A DNA stretch of 64,000 nucleotides, taken from positions 15,576-79,575 of the forward strand of contig CAYYLM010000005.1 of the NCBI GenBank assembly GCA_964472625.1, read 5' to 3'. The notes beneath the pieces were generated by a model. It saw only the letters and a program-made list of their open reading frames with translations, ran no database searches and had not been told where the DNA came from. Shown here in pieces: positions 8,745 through 18,241 of the stretch. Made by a program: the position numbers and the translations under genes. The number at the start of each line of letters is the position of its first letter. Position 1 is the stretch's first letter. Source of the stretch: an uncultured Dehalococcoidales bacterium. GTDB taxonomy: Bacteria; Chloroflexota; Dehalococcoidia; Dehalococcoidales; UBA5760.

Positions 8745-10295
8745 CTACTTAGCATAGTCTACCGCCCTTGTCTCCCGGAGCACGGTAACCTTGATCTGAC
8801 CGGGGTACTGCATCCCTTCCTCTATTTTCTTCACGATGTCCCGGGCCAGCCTCATCGACCCCAGGTCGTCAACCTCCTCCGGCTTGACCAGGATACGGAT
8901 TTCGCGCCCGGCCTGAATGGCAAAGGACTTCTCCACCCCCTTAAAGCTACTGGCTATGTCCTCCAGCGCCTTCAGCCGCTGCAGGTAGCTCTCCAGCGAC
9001 TCACGCCTGGCTCCAGGTCGGGCACTGCTGAGAGCATCAGCCGCCGAGACAACAAAACCCCAGACGCTGGTGGTCTCCGTCTCACCGTGGTGCTCGGAGA
9101 CCCCCTGAACCACCTCGGCAGATTTATCCCATTGCTTAACCAGATCAGCACCGATAGCGGCGTGAGTGCCTTCCACCTCACGGTCTACCGCCTTACCGAT
9201 ATCATGCATTAAGCCCGCTTTCTTGGCAATAGCGACATTAGCGCCTAACTCAGCAGCAATCATACCCGCCAAATGTGCCACCTCAATACTGTGAGTTAAG
9301 ACATTCTGTCCGTAGCTGGTGCGAAACTTAAGGCGTCCCAGAAGTCTAATCAGCTCCGGACGTAAGCCAGCCACGCCAACGTCATAGGCCGCCTGTTCCC
9401 CGGCACTATAGATAGTAGCCTCGACTTCTTCCTTAGCCTTAGCAACCACCTCTTCGATGCGAGCCGGGTGGATACGCCCGTCAAGGATAAGCTTGTTTAG
9501 AGCGATCCGAGCCACCTCCCGCCGCACCGGATCAAAGCTGGACAGGGTCACCGCCTCGGGGGTGTCATCAATAATGAGGTCAACTCCGGTGGCCTGCTCG
9601 ATGGCCCTGATATTGCGACCCTCGCGTCCGATAAGCCGTCCCTTCATCTCATCACTGGGCAAAGGAACACTAGCCACCGTAGCCTCGGCGACAACATCAG
9701 AGGCACAGCGCTGAATAGCCTGAGCTAAAATCTCCTGAGTCTTTCTATTTTCTGCCTCTTTTAGCTCAGCTTCCCAGGCCCGAAGCCGCCGCGAGGTCTC
9801 CTCCCTTATCTCAACCTCCATTGCCTCAAGCAAATACTTTCGCGCCTCATCACTTGACATGCCTGAAATCATCTCCAGCTGCTCCAGTTGCTTGCCTCTA
9901 GCCTCCTCAAGCTGAGTGCGCAGGGACTCTATGCGCTCCTCTTTATTAGTCAGCTCGCGCCCACGCCGTTCCACATCCTCTAGTTTACGCTCCAAGGTAG
10001 CTTCCTTCTGAACCAAGCGGTTCTCGTTACGACTTAACTCAGTTCGCCGCTCCCGGTACTCCGCCTCTGCCGCCACCTTCATCTTATCTGCCTCTGCCCT
10101 AGCTTCACGAATGATGTCCTTAGCTCTGTGTTCCGCCTCAGTGGCAACTTTAGTCGCCTTCCTCTCGGCAAGACGCATCTCCCGGGTAAGCCGGAATCGT
10201 CTAAAAAAGTAGACAAAGGCAGCCCCCGCCACCCCACCGATGATGAAACCAAATAGCGCTAACAGGATATTTATCCGTGTTACATCTAATGGCAT
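8745..10295 (-). CDS. rny: Ribonuclease Y
   Basis: 516 aa. It has an N-terminal TM helix, a long coiled coil, a KH domain ([15 protein letters not shown]) and an HD domain ([10 protein letters not shown]...LMHDIGK). Confidence 0.95.
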   Translation of the reverse strand: MPLDVTRINILLALFGFIIGGVAGAAFVYFFRRFRLTREMRLAERKATKVATEAEHRAKDIIREARAEADKMKVAAEAEYRERRTELSRNENRLVQKEATLERKLEDVERRGRELTNKEERIESLRTQLEEARGKQLEQLEMISGMSSDEARKYLLEAMEVEIREETSRRLRAWEAELKEAENRKTQEILAQAIQRCASDVVAEATVASVPLPSDEMKGRLIGREGRNIRAIEQATGVDLIIDDTPEAVTLSSFDPVRREVARIALNKLILDGRIHPARIEEVVAKAKEEVEATIYSAGEQAAYDVGVAGLRPELIRLLGRLKFRTSYGQNVLTHSIEVAHLAGMIAAELGANVAIAKKAGLMHDIGKAVDREVEGTHAAIGADLVKQWDKSAEVVQGVSEHHGETETTSVWGFVVSAADALSSARPGARRESLESYLQRLKALEDIASSFKGVEKSFAIQAGREIRILVKPEEVDDLGSMRLARDIVKKIEEGMQYPGQIKVTVLRETRAVDYAK

Positions 10296-10358
10296 TTTAT
10301 ACCTCGCTTCCGGTAGCAGCTTTGCCTTAACGAAGGATAGCCCTAAAGACAGCCAAAG

Positions 10359-11015
10359 CTATCCCTGGTCACTCTCCCTCATTTCCCGCCATAGCTGCTC
10401 CACTGTGTTATTTATGACACCATAACTAAAGCCACGTCGCCTAAGATACTCACCGAGCCGGCGGCGAAAGCTCTGATAGTCGGACACTGGCAGTCGGCGA
10501 GCCTTACCGAGGGCAGCCCGATAAGCACTCTCACCATCACTAACAGTGCTAACCACCTGGCCGATAATCTCCTCGGCTACCCCTTTGCGTCGTAGCTCCA
10601 ACCTAGTCAGCGAGCTACTGCGCGGGCTAAATGCCTGCCGATTATCCCGCCAGAACTGAGCAAATTCCGTATCATCCACCAGCCCTCGCTCCTTCAGCCG
10701 GGCCAGCACCTCTTCTACGCTATCGCCATCAAAATTACGCCGGCCAAGCCGCTCCCTCAGCTCAAACTCACTCCGGGGGCGATAGCTAAGATAGTGCAGC
10801 GCAGCATTGAGACAGCGCTGAAAGCTATCGGCCCTGGCCAGCGCCCTAATCTGCTCACTGGTTAGCTCCTGCCCCACCTTTAGCCTCTCGGCTAACACCA
10901 CCTCAGCCTCCAGACTGAAAGCAAACTTACTATCCAGATACACACTCACTCGTTTTCTCCGACCTCCCCCAGAACGGAGGGCAGTAACCTGCTTCACTAG
11001 TCCAATCCTCACCAA
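10359..11015 (-). CDS. recX: Recombination regulator RecX
   Basis: 218 aa with repeated three-helix RecX motifs (CLNAALHYLSYRPRSEFELRERL..., LKERGLVDDTEFAQFW, LRRRGFSYGVI). It lies directly downstream of recA. Confidence 0.8.
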   Translation of the reverse strand: MVRIGLVKQVTALRSGGGRRKRVSVYLDSKFAFSLEAEVVLAERLKVGQELTSEQIRALARADSFQRCLNAALHYLSYRPRSEFELRERLGRRNFDGDSVEEVLARLKERGLVDDTEFAQFWRDNRQAFSPRSSSLTRLELRRKGVAEEIIGQVVSTVSDGESAYRAALGKARRLPVSDYQSFRRRLGEYLRRRGFSYGVINNTVEQLWREMRESDQG

Positions 11016-11091
11016 AATACATAAGGCCGAAGCCTGGGCCTCAGCCTTATTTACTCTTACTGGTCACTAACCGCTATCGGCTAGACTATTC

Positions 11092-12102
11092 TCAGTTTTC
11101 AGACATCGTAATGCGAGTGGTGACGGCTGAGGCTCTTACTTGCTGCTCAATCTCCTGAGCCAGCTCAGGATTCTGACTCAGGTACTGTTTGGCATTCTCC
11201 CTGCCTTGCCCCAGACGAACATCACCATAGGAGAAAAAGGCGCCCGATTTCTTGACCAACCCCATCTCAACACCGAGGTCGATTAGATTACCCTCCCGGC
11301 TGATACCACGAGCAAACATGATATCAAAGTCGGCGCTCCTAAATGGGGGGGCCACCTTATTCTTGACTACCTTGGCTCTAATATGGCTGCCTACCGCCTC
11401 ATTTCCCTCTTTGATTGTTTCGGCACGCCTTAAATCGATTCTGATTGAGCTGTAGAATTTTAAGGCTCTACCACCCGGTGTCACCTCCGGATTGCCAAAG
11501 ACGATGCCAACCTTTTCTCTTAGCTGATTAATAAAGAGCACCGCGGTCCCTGATTTACCAATCGCCGCCGCTAGTTTGCGCAGCGCTTGCGACATCAAGC
11601 GGGCCTGCAACCCGACATGGGCGTCTCCCATCTCGCCTTCAATTTCAGCTCGGGGCACCAAGGCAGCGACGCTATCAACCACGATCACGTCAACCGCCCG
11701 ACTCCTGACCAGAGCCTCGGTAATCTCCAGGGCTTCCTCCCCAGTATCAGGCTGGGATATCAGCAGGTCATCAACGTTGACCCCGCAACGAGCTGCATAG
11801 ACCGGGTCCAGGGCATGCTCGACATCAATATAGGCTGCCAACCCCCCCTGCTTCTGTGCCTCAGCGATTACATGCTGTGCCAGGGTCGTCTTACCCGACG
11901 CCTCAGGGCCGAATACCTCGGTAATCCGTCCCCGGGGGATACCACCCACCCCCAAGGCAAGGTCTAGCGCCAGCGAACCACTGGGGATGGCTTCTATCGG
12001 TGGTGCCACCGCTCCCCCCAGCTTCATCACTGACCCCTTACCATACCGCTTCTCGATCTGGCTGATAACTAGCTCTAGTGCCTTCTCCTTCTCTGTGGTC
12101 AT
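11092..12102 (-). CDS. recA: Recombinase RecA
   Basis: 336 aa with [14 protein letters not shown], Walker [12 protein letters not shown], and [32 protein letters not shown]. Confidence 0.97.
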   Translation of the reverse strand: MTTEKEKALELVISQIEKRYGKGSVMKLGGAVAPPIEAIPSGSLALDLALGVGGIPRGRITEVFGPEASGKTTLAQHVIAEAQKQGGLAAYIDVEHALDPVYAARCGVNVDDLLISQPDTGEEALEITEALVRSRAVDVIVVDSVAALVPRAEIEGEMGDAHVGLQARLMSQALRKLAAAIGKSGTAVLFINQLREKVGIVFGNPEVTPGGRALKFYSSIRIDLRRAETIKEGNEAVGSHIRAKVVKNKVAPPFRSADFDIMFARGISREGNLIDLGVEMGLVKKSGAFFSYGDVRLGQGRENAKQYLSQNPELAQEIEQQVRASAVTTRITMSEN

Positions 12103-12167
12103 CTTCGTCTCAAATCAATGATAACACACCCCATACCCCAAAACAAGATGACTGCCCTCCCCCAAAA

Positions 12168-13037
12168 TCAGCTTTGGTCGGGCTGCCACTCTTCATCGCT
12201 ATAGAAGCCAAGGCCAAAGAACCCAGGGCCGATATGAGTCCCCAATACCGGCCCGAGTTCAACAATATCTGTCTCGGCGCAGTTAAAAGCAGCCTTAACT
12301 TCCTTTTCCAATTCCAGAGCCCGCTCAAACGCATTAGTGTGCGCCACGCCAACGTGAATTGGCGTATTCCCGGTCACCCGGCTCTCCATAAGCTCCAGTA
12401 TAGACTTGGTCGCCTGAGCGCTGGTCCTTAGCTTAGCCAAGACCCGGACCTCACCACCCCTGAAGTCTAGGAGCGGCTTAATCCTTAGTATGGTGCCCAA
12501 TAAAGCCTTGGCTCCGCCAATACGACCCCCTCTCCAGAGATACTCTAGGGTGTTTAGCACCCCAACAGTAATCATGCAGGCGTTTAGCTTTTCAATAGAT
12601 GCCTTGAGCTGAGGTAAGCTCTGCCCCCCGGCCGCAGCCTTAGCCGCAGGCGCAATCAACATCCTCAGCGCTACGGTACGGGCATCTACTACCTCAATCT
12701 GAGCCTGGGGCAACTCCTGCCTGGCGGACATAGCCGAATTAACCGTGCCGCTCAGCTTGCTGGAGATATGAATGGATAGAATCGGATGGCCACGCTCTGC
12801 CAGCTCACCATACACCCGGGTGAAATCGCTTACCGCTGGCTGTGAGGTAGTAGGCATCGGCCCTCTGGTAGCCAGCCGCCGATAGAACTCCTCACTGGTA
12901 ATATCCACACCCTCACAATAGACCTCAGTCCCGAAGATAACCCGGAGCGGCACCACCTGGACGTCATACCGACTAATCTCCTCTGCTGAGAGGTAAGCGG
13001 TACTATCAGTGACAATTTTGACCTTGCCCGTCGCCAT
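12168..13037 (-). CDS. DegV-family fatty-acid-binding protein
   Basis: 289 aa. KIVTDSTAYL...VVPLRVIF...PTTSQPAVSDF...ILSIHISSKLSGT is the DegV pattern. Confidence 0.85.
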   Translation of the reverse strand: MATGKVKIVTDSTAYLSAEEISRYDVQVVPLRVIFGTEVYCEGVDITSEEFYRRLATRGPMPTTSQPAVSDFTRVYGELAERGHPILSIHISSKLSGTVNSAMSARQELPQAQIEVVDARTVALRMLIAPAAKAAAGGQSLPQLKASIEKLNACMITVGVLNTLEYLWRGGRIGGAKALLGTILRIKPLLDFRGGEVRVLAKLRTSAQATKSILELMESRVTGNTPIHVGVAHTNAFERALELEKEVKAAFNCAETDIVELGPVLGTHIGPGFFGLGFYSDEEWQPDQS

Positions 13038-13052
13038 TCTCAGCTACCTCCA

Positions 13053-13778
13053 CTACAGGCTAGCCACTGGGGGCAAGCAGCGCTTATGGGCGCCAGCCGC
13101 TATCCTAGCCTCAATCTTAGCTCTCAGCTCGCTCGAAGCCTGGCCGGTAACCAGATAGCGGTCAAGATCCTCATAGCTAAAGCCAAGCTCACCTTCATCG
13201 GTCTGCCCCGGCCACAGTCCCGCCGAGGGAGGCTTATCAATAACCGGCTGCGGGATACCCAAAAACTGAGCCAGTTCCTTAACCTGCCCCTTAACCAAAT
13301 TGCCCAGAGGCAGAATGTCTGCCCCACCATCACCATACTTGGTAAAGTAGCCGGCAGCCAGTTCACTCCGGTTACTAGACCCGACCACTATATATCCCAA
13401 CTGATTGGCAAAGTAATAGAGGGTGAGCATTCTTAATCTGACCTTGAGGTTAGCCTTAACACGCTGACTTAAGCTAGGCTCCCCCACAGAAGGCAAAACC
13501 CCGAGCAGGGCATCCAGAACACTATCCAGAACCACTACCTTGGTCGGGAGGGAGAATTTACTGGCTACCAGCTGAGCATGCTCTCCGTCTTCAGGACTAC
13601 TGCAGCAGGGCATAAGCACCCCCAAACAGTCTTTGGGGAAAGCCCGCTGACACAACACCGCGGCTATTGAGGAATCAAGCCCCCCACTCATCCCGAACAC
13701 CACCCCCTTACACCCGGCAGTAGCCACCTGCTCCCTTATCCACAAGGCTAACTTACTAGCTAATTGCGCCCAATCCAT
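13053..13778 (-). CDS. nadE: NH3-dependent NAD+ synthetase
   Basis: 241 aa with the PP-loop VFGMSGGLDSS, GSSNRSELAAGYFTKYGDGGADILPLGNL, and PSAGLWPGQTDEGELG. Confidence 0.85.
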   Translation of the reverse strand: MDWAQLASKLALWIREQVATAGCKGVVFGMSGGLDSSIAAVLCQRAFPKDCLGVLMPCCSSPEDGEHAQLVASKFSLPTKVVVLDSVLDALLGVLPSVGEPSLSQRVKANLKVRLRMLTLYYFANQLGYIVVGSSNRSELAAGYFTKYGDGGADILPLGNLVKGQVKELAQFLGIPQPVIDKPPSAGLWPGQTDEGELGFSYEDLDRYLVTGQASSELRAKIEARIAAGAHKRCLPPVASL

Positions 13779-13852
13779 GCTAGCCCCCTGTATAATCTAA
13801 AGTATACTACCTCAAAGTTAGCTAAGCAAAGATTTAAAATACTTCCCAGCGA

Positions 13853-14962
13853 CTACTTACCAACACAGGAGGGACAGATATCAGCTAGGCAGCAGTCAGG
13901 GCACAGGGGGTGGCGGCGGCAGACATTCTTAGCCAGACAGACGAGCAGGGCATGGTATTCGTTAAACAGCCCAGCATCAGCGGGTAGACTATCCATAAAG
14001 AGGGATTGACAAGCAACGTAACTCATGCCCTGCGGCGCTAGACCGAGCCGGCTTAAGATACGACGGGTGTAGGCATCGATGACGAAGACTGGCTTACCGA
14101 CAGCATACAGCAGTATAGAATCGGCGGTCTCCGCTCCGATACCGTGAATAGAAAGCAGTTGTGCACGCAGGGTGGCTGTATCACTAGCGAAGAGCTGATT
14201 AAGGTCGTCATTACAGACTTCCCCCAGCCACTGGGCCAGGGACTTGAGTTTTACCGCCTTGGCGTTGTAGTAACCACAGGGACGAATAAGGGTAGCTAGT
14301 TCGGCAAGGGGCAGCCGGCGCAACACCCCCGGTGACAGCGCCCCGGCTGCCTTGAGACTGGCTATCGCCCTCTCCACATTACCCCAGGCCGCCGACTGAG
14401 AAAGGATGGCACCAACCATCACCTCAAAGGGTCCCTCAGCCGGCCACCAGTGCTGTGGGCCGTAACCATCCATAAGCCGGCGGTAAATCTCCTTTAGCCA
14501 CTGGCTTATCTGATGCAATTGGTTTACCCAGGGTGGCACTTTGGCTCTAGCTACCGAATCACCCATCGGGATGTAGGGCTTGATGTCAAGCACCGGTGTG
14601 CCGCTAATAGCATCCAGCCCCTCAACCTTCAGGATATTCCCCCGGCGCTCAAGGAGCCTGACGGTGGTTTCTCCGATGGGGTTAGGTCTCTGCGGCGAGC
14701 GGCTGGCAAAAAGCCCCACCAGCGGTAGCTCAACTTTGCCCCTAGGGTGCACTTTGAGTGGCACCTCTCCCGACGTCTTATGCATCCAGAAAAGAACTTT
14801 GACATGAGAGAACTCTTCCAGACCATCTAAAGCCTCAGCAAGGCGACGGTCGATCACAATTTCAGAAATAACCCTTTCCCAACTTTGATGTCGAGGCTCT
14901 CCAATTTCATTTCTGACAGTACCAATAGCCTTAAGAGTCATCCTTGGTTGCTTAATAGCCAC
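13853..14962 (-). CDS. Fusion protein: N-terminal TrmO/TsaA-like (YaeB) domain + C-terminal endonuclease-III-related HhH-GPD domain with Fe-S loop
   Basis: The N-terminal half has EFSHVKVLFWMH...GLFASRSPQRPNPIG...GTPVLDIKPYIP (TrmO). The C-terminal half has WWPAEGPFEVMVGAILSQSAAWGNVERA...HGIGAETADSILLYA (EndoIII-related) and ends CRRHPLCPDCCLADIC. An alternative start is the ATG at 14941. Confidence 0.75.
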   Translation of the reverse strand: MAIKQPRMTLKAIGTVRNEIGEPRHQSWERVISEIVIDRRLAEALDGLEEFSHVKVLFWMHKTSGEVPLKVHPRGKVELPLVGLFASRSPQRPNPIGETTVRLLERRGNILKVEGLDAISGTPVLDIKPYIPMGDSVARAKVPPWVNQLHQISQWLKEIYRRLMDGYGPQHWWPAEGPFEVMVGAILSQSAAWGNVERAIASLKAAGALSPGVLRRLPLAELATLIRPCGYYNAKAVKLKSLAQWLGEVCNDDLNQLFASDTATLRAQLLSIHGIGAETADSILLYAVGKPVFVIDAYTRRILSRLGLAPQGMSYVACQSLFMDSLPADAGLFNEYHALLVCLAKNVCRRHPLCPDCCLADICPSCVGK

Positions 14963-15123
14963 CGTCCCACCCTCAGCTTAAAACGATAAACAGCACCTCA
15001 ATAATAGATTTTAAACTGACTTCGGTCAAGAGCAAACCACCAAGGCTCTTATAAAAACTCAGAGAAAAGCGAAAAAGACAAAGGAAATTAGTTAAATCTA
15101 GGGTGTCTTTGAGCCGCTGCGAT

Positions 15124-15714
15124 TCAGACTAACGCCTTACCCTTGCCAGCAGCACCCAATTTCTCCAGACCGTAGCGATAGCCCTGCTCAAATGCCTTCA
15201 TATTCAACTCTTCAGTCCCCTTGGGCACCGCAGCTAAAAGCGACTCCTTCATTGACTCCACGGTTACCAGACTGGTGACCGCGGTGAGAAATCCCAGCAT
15301 CACCACGTTGGCCACCGCCACCCTGCCCAGCCCCTCCGCGATGCGCCGGGCGGGTATACTCAGCAGCCGCTGGCTAGTTGGCAATGGCTTGACCAGGTCT
15401 TCATCAATAACTACCAGGGTATCATCACGGTTATGAGGGTGATACTTGTCATACCCCCGCTGCGACATGGCTACCAAAACTGAAGGCGCGGTAATGTAGG
15501 GATAGGTCACCAGCTTATCAGAAATAACCAAATCAGCCCGGCAGGCACCACCTCTAGCTTCCGGGCCATAATCCCGAGCAAAAGTTGCCTGCTTATGCTC
15601 AAAGATAGCTACCGCCTGACCGACAATATAGCCCGCCAGGATGATACCCTGCCCCCCATAACCACAGAGTCTCAGCTCCTCTCGCTCAGCCATACCTCTA
15701 CCCTCGATCAACAA
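15124..15714 (-). CDS. 2-oxoacid:ferredoxin oxidoreductase, gamma subunit
   Basis: 196 aa. The subunit order delta-alpha-beta-gamma fits 2-oxoglutarate-type enzymes, but substrate specificity is not provable from sequence. GYGGQGIILAG...YGPEARGG is the gamma-subunit motif. Confidence 0.8.
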   Translation of the reverse strand: MLIEGRGMAEREELRLCGYGGQGIILAGYIVGQAVAIFEHKQATFARDYGPEARGGACRADLVISDKLVTYPYITAPSVLVAMSQRGYDKYHPHNRDDTLVVIDEDLVKPLPTSQRLLSIPARRIAEGLGRVAVANVVMLGFLTAVTSLVTVESMKESLLAAVPKGTEELNMKAFEQGYRYGLEKLGAAGKGKALV

Positions 15715-16480
15715 ATTTCCCCACGATTATCTGCCCGTTAAACTCAATAGCCACCTGTTTAGGGTCAATTCCAGACTTAATAACACTGTTATCACGGTAA
15801 TACTTCATCTGGTCCAGCCCGGTTACCTGCTTATTCATCCGGCCGTAATAGGTTGGGCAGGGACTGATTATCTCCACTAGGCTGAAGCCCTTCTTGAGGA
15901 GCGCCTCAGTGACCGCCTTCTCCAGCCGACGAACATGTGCTGTCGTCCAGCGGGCGACATAGGCAGCACCGCTGGCGGCTGCCAAATACGGGACATTCAA
16001 CGGCTCGTCAACATTACCCCTCAACGAGGTGGTGGTTCGGGCCGTTAGCGGTGTCGTCGGACCCAGCTGCCCCCCGGTCATCCCATAGATAAAGTTATTG
16101 ACGCATAATACCGTCAGGTCGATACTGCGGCGGGCAGCGTGGATAAGGTGATTCCCCCCGATTGCCACTAGGTCGCCATCGCCACTTATTACCACGACCG
16201 TTAGCTCCGGATTAGCTACCTTAAGACCGGTGGCGAAGGGGATAGCCCGCCCGTGAGTGGTATGGAAAGAATCCAGATTGATGTAACCAGCCACCCTGCC
16301 GGTACAGCCTATCCCTGAGACGACGACTACCTTATCTAAATCAAGCCGGGACTTAACTAGCGTCCTGAGAAAGCAGTTAACCACCAAGCCCAAGCCGCAA
16401 CCAGGACACCAGATGTGCGGCACCCGTTCCACTCTCAGGTAATCATCTAGAGGATGCTTTTTTAAACCGACTTCACCCAC
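15698..16480 (-). CDS. 2-oxoacid:ferredoxin oxidoreductase, beta (TPP-binding) subunit
   Basis: 260 aa with WCPGCG, SGIGCTGR, GDGDLVAIGGNH (TPP motif) and NNFIYGMTGGQ. The start is a GTG immediately after a TAA that closes the upstream repeat-encoded frame. Confidence 0.9.
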   Translation of the reverse strand: MGEVGLKKHPLDDYLRVERVPHIWCPGCGLGLVVNCFLRTLVKSRLDLDKVVVVSGIGCTGRVAGYINLDSFHTTHGRAIPFATGLKVANPELTVVVISGDGDLVAIGGNHLIHAARRSIDLTVLCVNNFIYGMTGGQLGPTTPLTARTTTSLRGNVDEPLNVPYLAAASGAAYVARWTTAHVRRLEKAVTEALLKKGFSLVEIISPCPTYYGRMNKQVTGLDQMKYYRDNSVIKSGIDPKQVAIEFNGQIIVGKFVDRG

Positions 16481-16640
16481 TTAATAGCTACTTCCCCCGT
16501 TTGAACTGACTTCGCTCACTCGATAGCTACTTCCCCCGTTTGAACTGACTTCGCTCACTCGATAGCTACTTCCCCCGTTTGAACTGACTTCGCTCACTCG
16601 ATAGCTACTTCACCCTTTTTGAACTGACTTCGCCCATGTG
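16464..16640. repeat. Tandem array with 39-bp period (3 near-identical units + 1 diverged 40-bp unit + the native korB-like start region)
   Basis: Units start at 16484, 16523, 16562 and 16601 on the plus strand (ATAGCTACTTCCCCCGTTTGAACTGACTTCGCTCACTCG). Units 1-3 differ only in the last 2-3 nt. A fifth related copy (16464-16483 region) overlaps the first codons of the beta-subunit gene. Confidence 0.95.
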
Positions 16641-16670
16641 ACAACCTTTGCCATTTTAGATTGTCTTCCT

Positions 16671-17822
16671 CTATCTAACCGCCCGCCTTATTGCTGCCAA
16701 GATGGTCTCGGGAGCATGCACCCCTCCCCCCATATGAGGCACCAAAACTACCTCCGCCCGGCCACAAGCGCACCGCTCTACCTCCAGAGCAATCTGTCCG
16801 TAGTTAATCTCAGGCACGACAAACGCCTTAACCTCACGGGCAATATCCCTGATCCGGTCATCGGGGAAGGGCCAGACGGTGACCAGCCTCAGCATGCCAA
16901 CCCTGATTCCCTCACCCCTGGCCCGCTCGACAGCAATTTGGGAGACCCGGGCTGAAATTCCATAAGTACAGACAACTACCTCAGCACCCCGTATGCCGTC
17001 CTCTTCAAGCTCAATAATTTCGGCCTTATTCTGCTCAATCTTGTCGACCAGCCGCCTCACCAGCCTGTCCTGCGCCTCAGCGGTCATCGCCGGATAACCC
17101 CGCTCATCATGTGTTAGCCCGCTAACATGCAGATGGTAGCCCTCACCAGCGTTAGCCATCGGCGGCACTAAATCAGGGTCAGGCTCGAAGGGCAGATAGT
17201 CGCTGGTAGGCACGGTGGGCTTACGCCGAGGTACAAGTTCTATCTCACCAGGCGACGGGATGACCACCTTCTCATACATGTGCCCGGTAGCCGCTTCGGA
17301 CATAACCAGAACCGGCAGGCGATATTTTTCAGAAAGGTTAAAGGCCTTTATCGTCAGGTCATACAGCTCCTGGGGAGAGCTGGGTGATAGGGCAATGATA
17401 CTGTATACCCCGTGACTACCCCAGCGTGCCTGCATCATGTCCCCCTGACCAGTCAGGGTTGGTAGTCCAGTTGACGGTCCCGCCCGCTGGATGTTCACCA
17501 CGACACATGGGGTCTCGGTCATGATGCCCAAACCGATGTTTTCCATCATCAGGCTAAAGCCTGGCCCAGAGGTAGCCGTCATCGCCTTAACCCCACCCCA
17601 CGAAGCCCCCAGCACCGCCGCCATTGACCCCAGTTCGTCCTCCATCTGGATATAATTACCCCCAACTTCAGGGAGTCGCTCCGCCATCCGCTCCGCAATC
17701 TCGGTAGCCGGTGTGATGGGATAGCCGGCAAAGAAGCGACAACCAGCGCTTATCGCCCCCTCAGCACAGGCATCGTCTCCGCCCAGAAAAAACTCACCAG
17801 CCAGATATTTTCGCTCTGACAC
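16671..17822 (-). CDS. 2-oxoacid:ferredoxin oxidoreductase, alpha subunit
   Basis: 383 aa with FAGYPITPATEI, MEDELGSMAAVLGASWGGVKAMTATSGPGFSLM. Confidence 0.9.
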   Translation of the reverse strand: MSERKYLAGEFFLGGDDACAEGAISAGCRFFAGYPITPATEIAERMAERLPEVGGNYIQMEDELGSMAAVLGASWGGVKAMTATSGPGFSLMMENIGLGIMTETPCVVVNIQRAGPSTGLPTLTGQGDMMQARWGSHGVYSIIALSPSSPQELYDLTIKAFNLSEKYRLPVLVMSEAATGHMYEKVVIPSPGEIELVPRRKPTVPTSDYLPFEPDPDLVPPMANAGEGYHLHVSGLTHDERGYPAMTAEAQDRLVRRLVDKIEQNKAEIIELEEDGIRGAEVVVCTYGISARVSQIAVERARGEGIRVGMLRLVTVWPFPDDRIRDIAREVKAFVVPEINYGQIALEVERCACGRAEVVLVPHMGGGVHAPETILAAIRRAVR

Positions 17823-17831
17823 TTTAAACTC

Positions 17832-18071
17832 CTAGCCTTGGCAAGGACTCTTGGCAGTATCAACCACACCGATGGCAAAGTCAGGACAGACCATCCCGCA
17901 GATATCACACTTGGTACATTTTGAGTTATCACTGATATAGACCGGATGGTACCCCTGGCTATTAATCTCCGTCGATTCAAAGAGAATGTGCTTTGGGCAA
18001 AACTCAATACAGAAGCCACACCCCTTACACCGCTCCGGTATGATAATTACCTCTTTAGTCTCTGGCTTCAT
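17832..18071 (-). CDS. 2-oxoacid:ferredoxin oxidoreductase, delta (2x[4Fe-4S] ferredoxin) subunit
   Basis: Motifs are CKGCGFCIEFCP and CTKCDICGMVCP. The ORF is open to 18125, but the ATG at 18071 follows AAGGGGCAAAGGTGAT. Confidence 0.8.
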   Translation of the reverse strand: MKPETKEVIIIPERCKGCGFCIEFCPKHILFESTEINSQGYHPVYISDNSKCTKCDICGMVCPDFAIGVVDTAKSPCQG

Positions 18072-18241
18072 ATCACCTTTGCCCCTTACTTTCCACAGAA
18101 CATTCCGTGAGGATTTGACAACCACGGCACAATGATAAGAAATCTTAGCATACGCTTACCCCCATCGACAAATCCGGGCTTGGCTTGCTTCTCACCACCG
18201 ATGGAAAATATGCTACAATAGGCTTAATCCTGGAGTGGGAA

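Noticed and set aside
11016-11091. Terminator or attenuator hairpin between recA and recX
   Set aside because: The GC-rich inverted repeat (AAGGC...GCCTT) has an irregular stem, and I could not define a clean structure by eye. It is followed by ATGTATTTT, but recX starts immediately afterwards. It is too uncertain to annotate without folding.
16464-16640. Possible CRISPR array, given regularly spaced repeats in an intergenic region
   Set aside because: The units abut one another directly (period equals repeat length, 39 bp), so there are no spacers. There are no cas genes in the window and no leader-like asymmetry. It is a plain tandem repeat.
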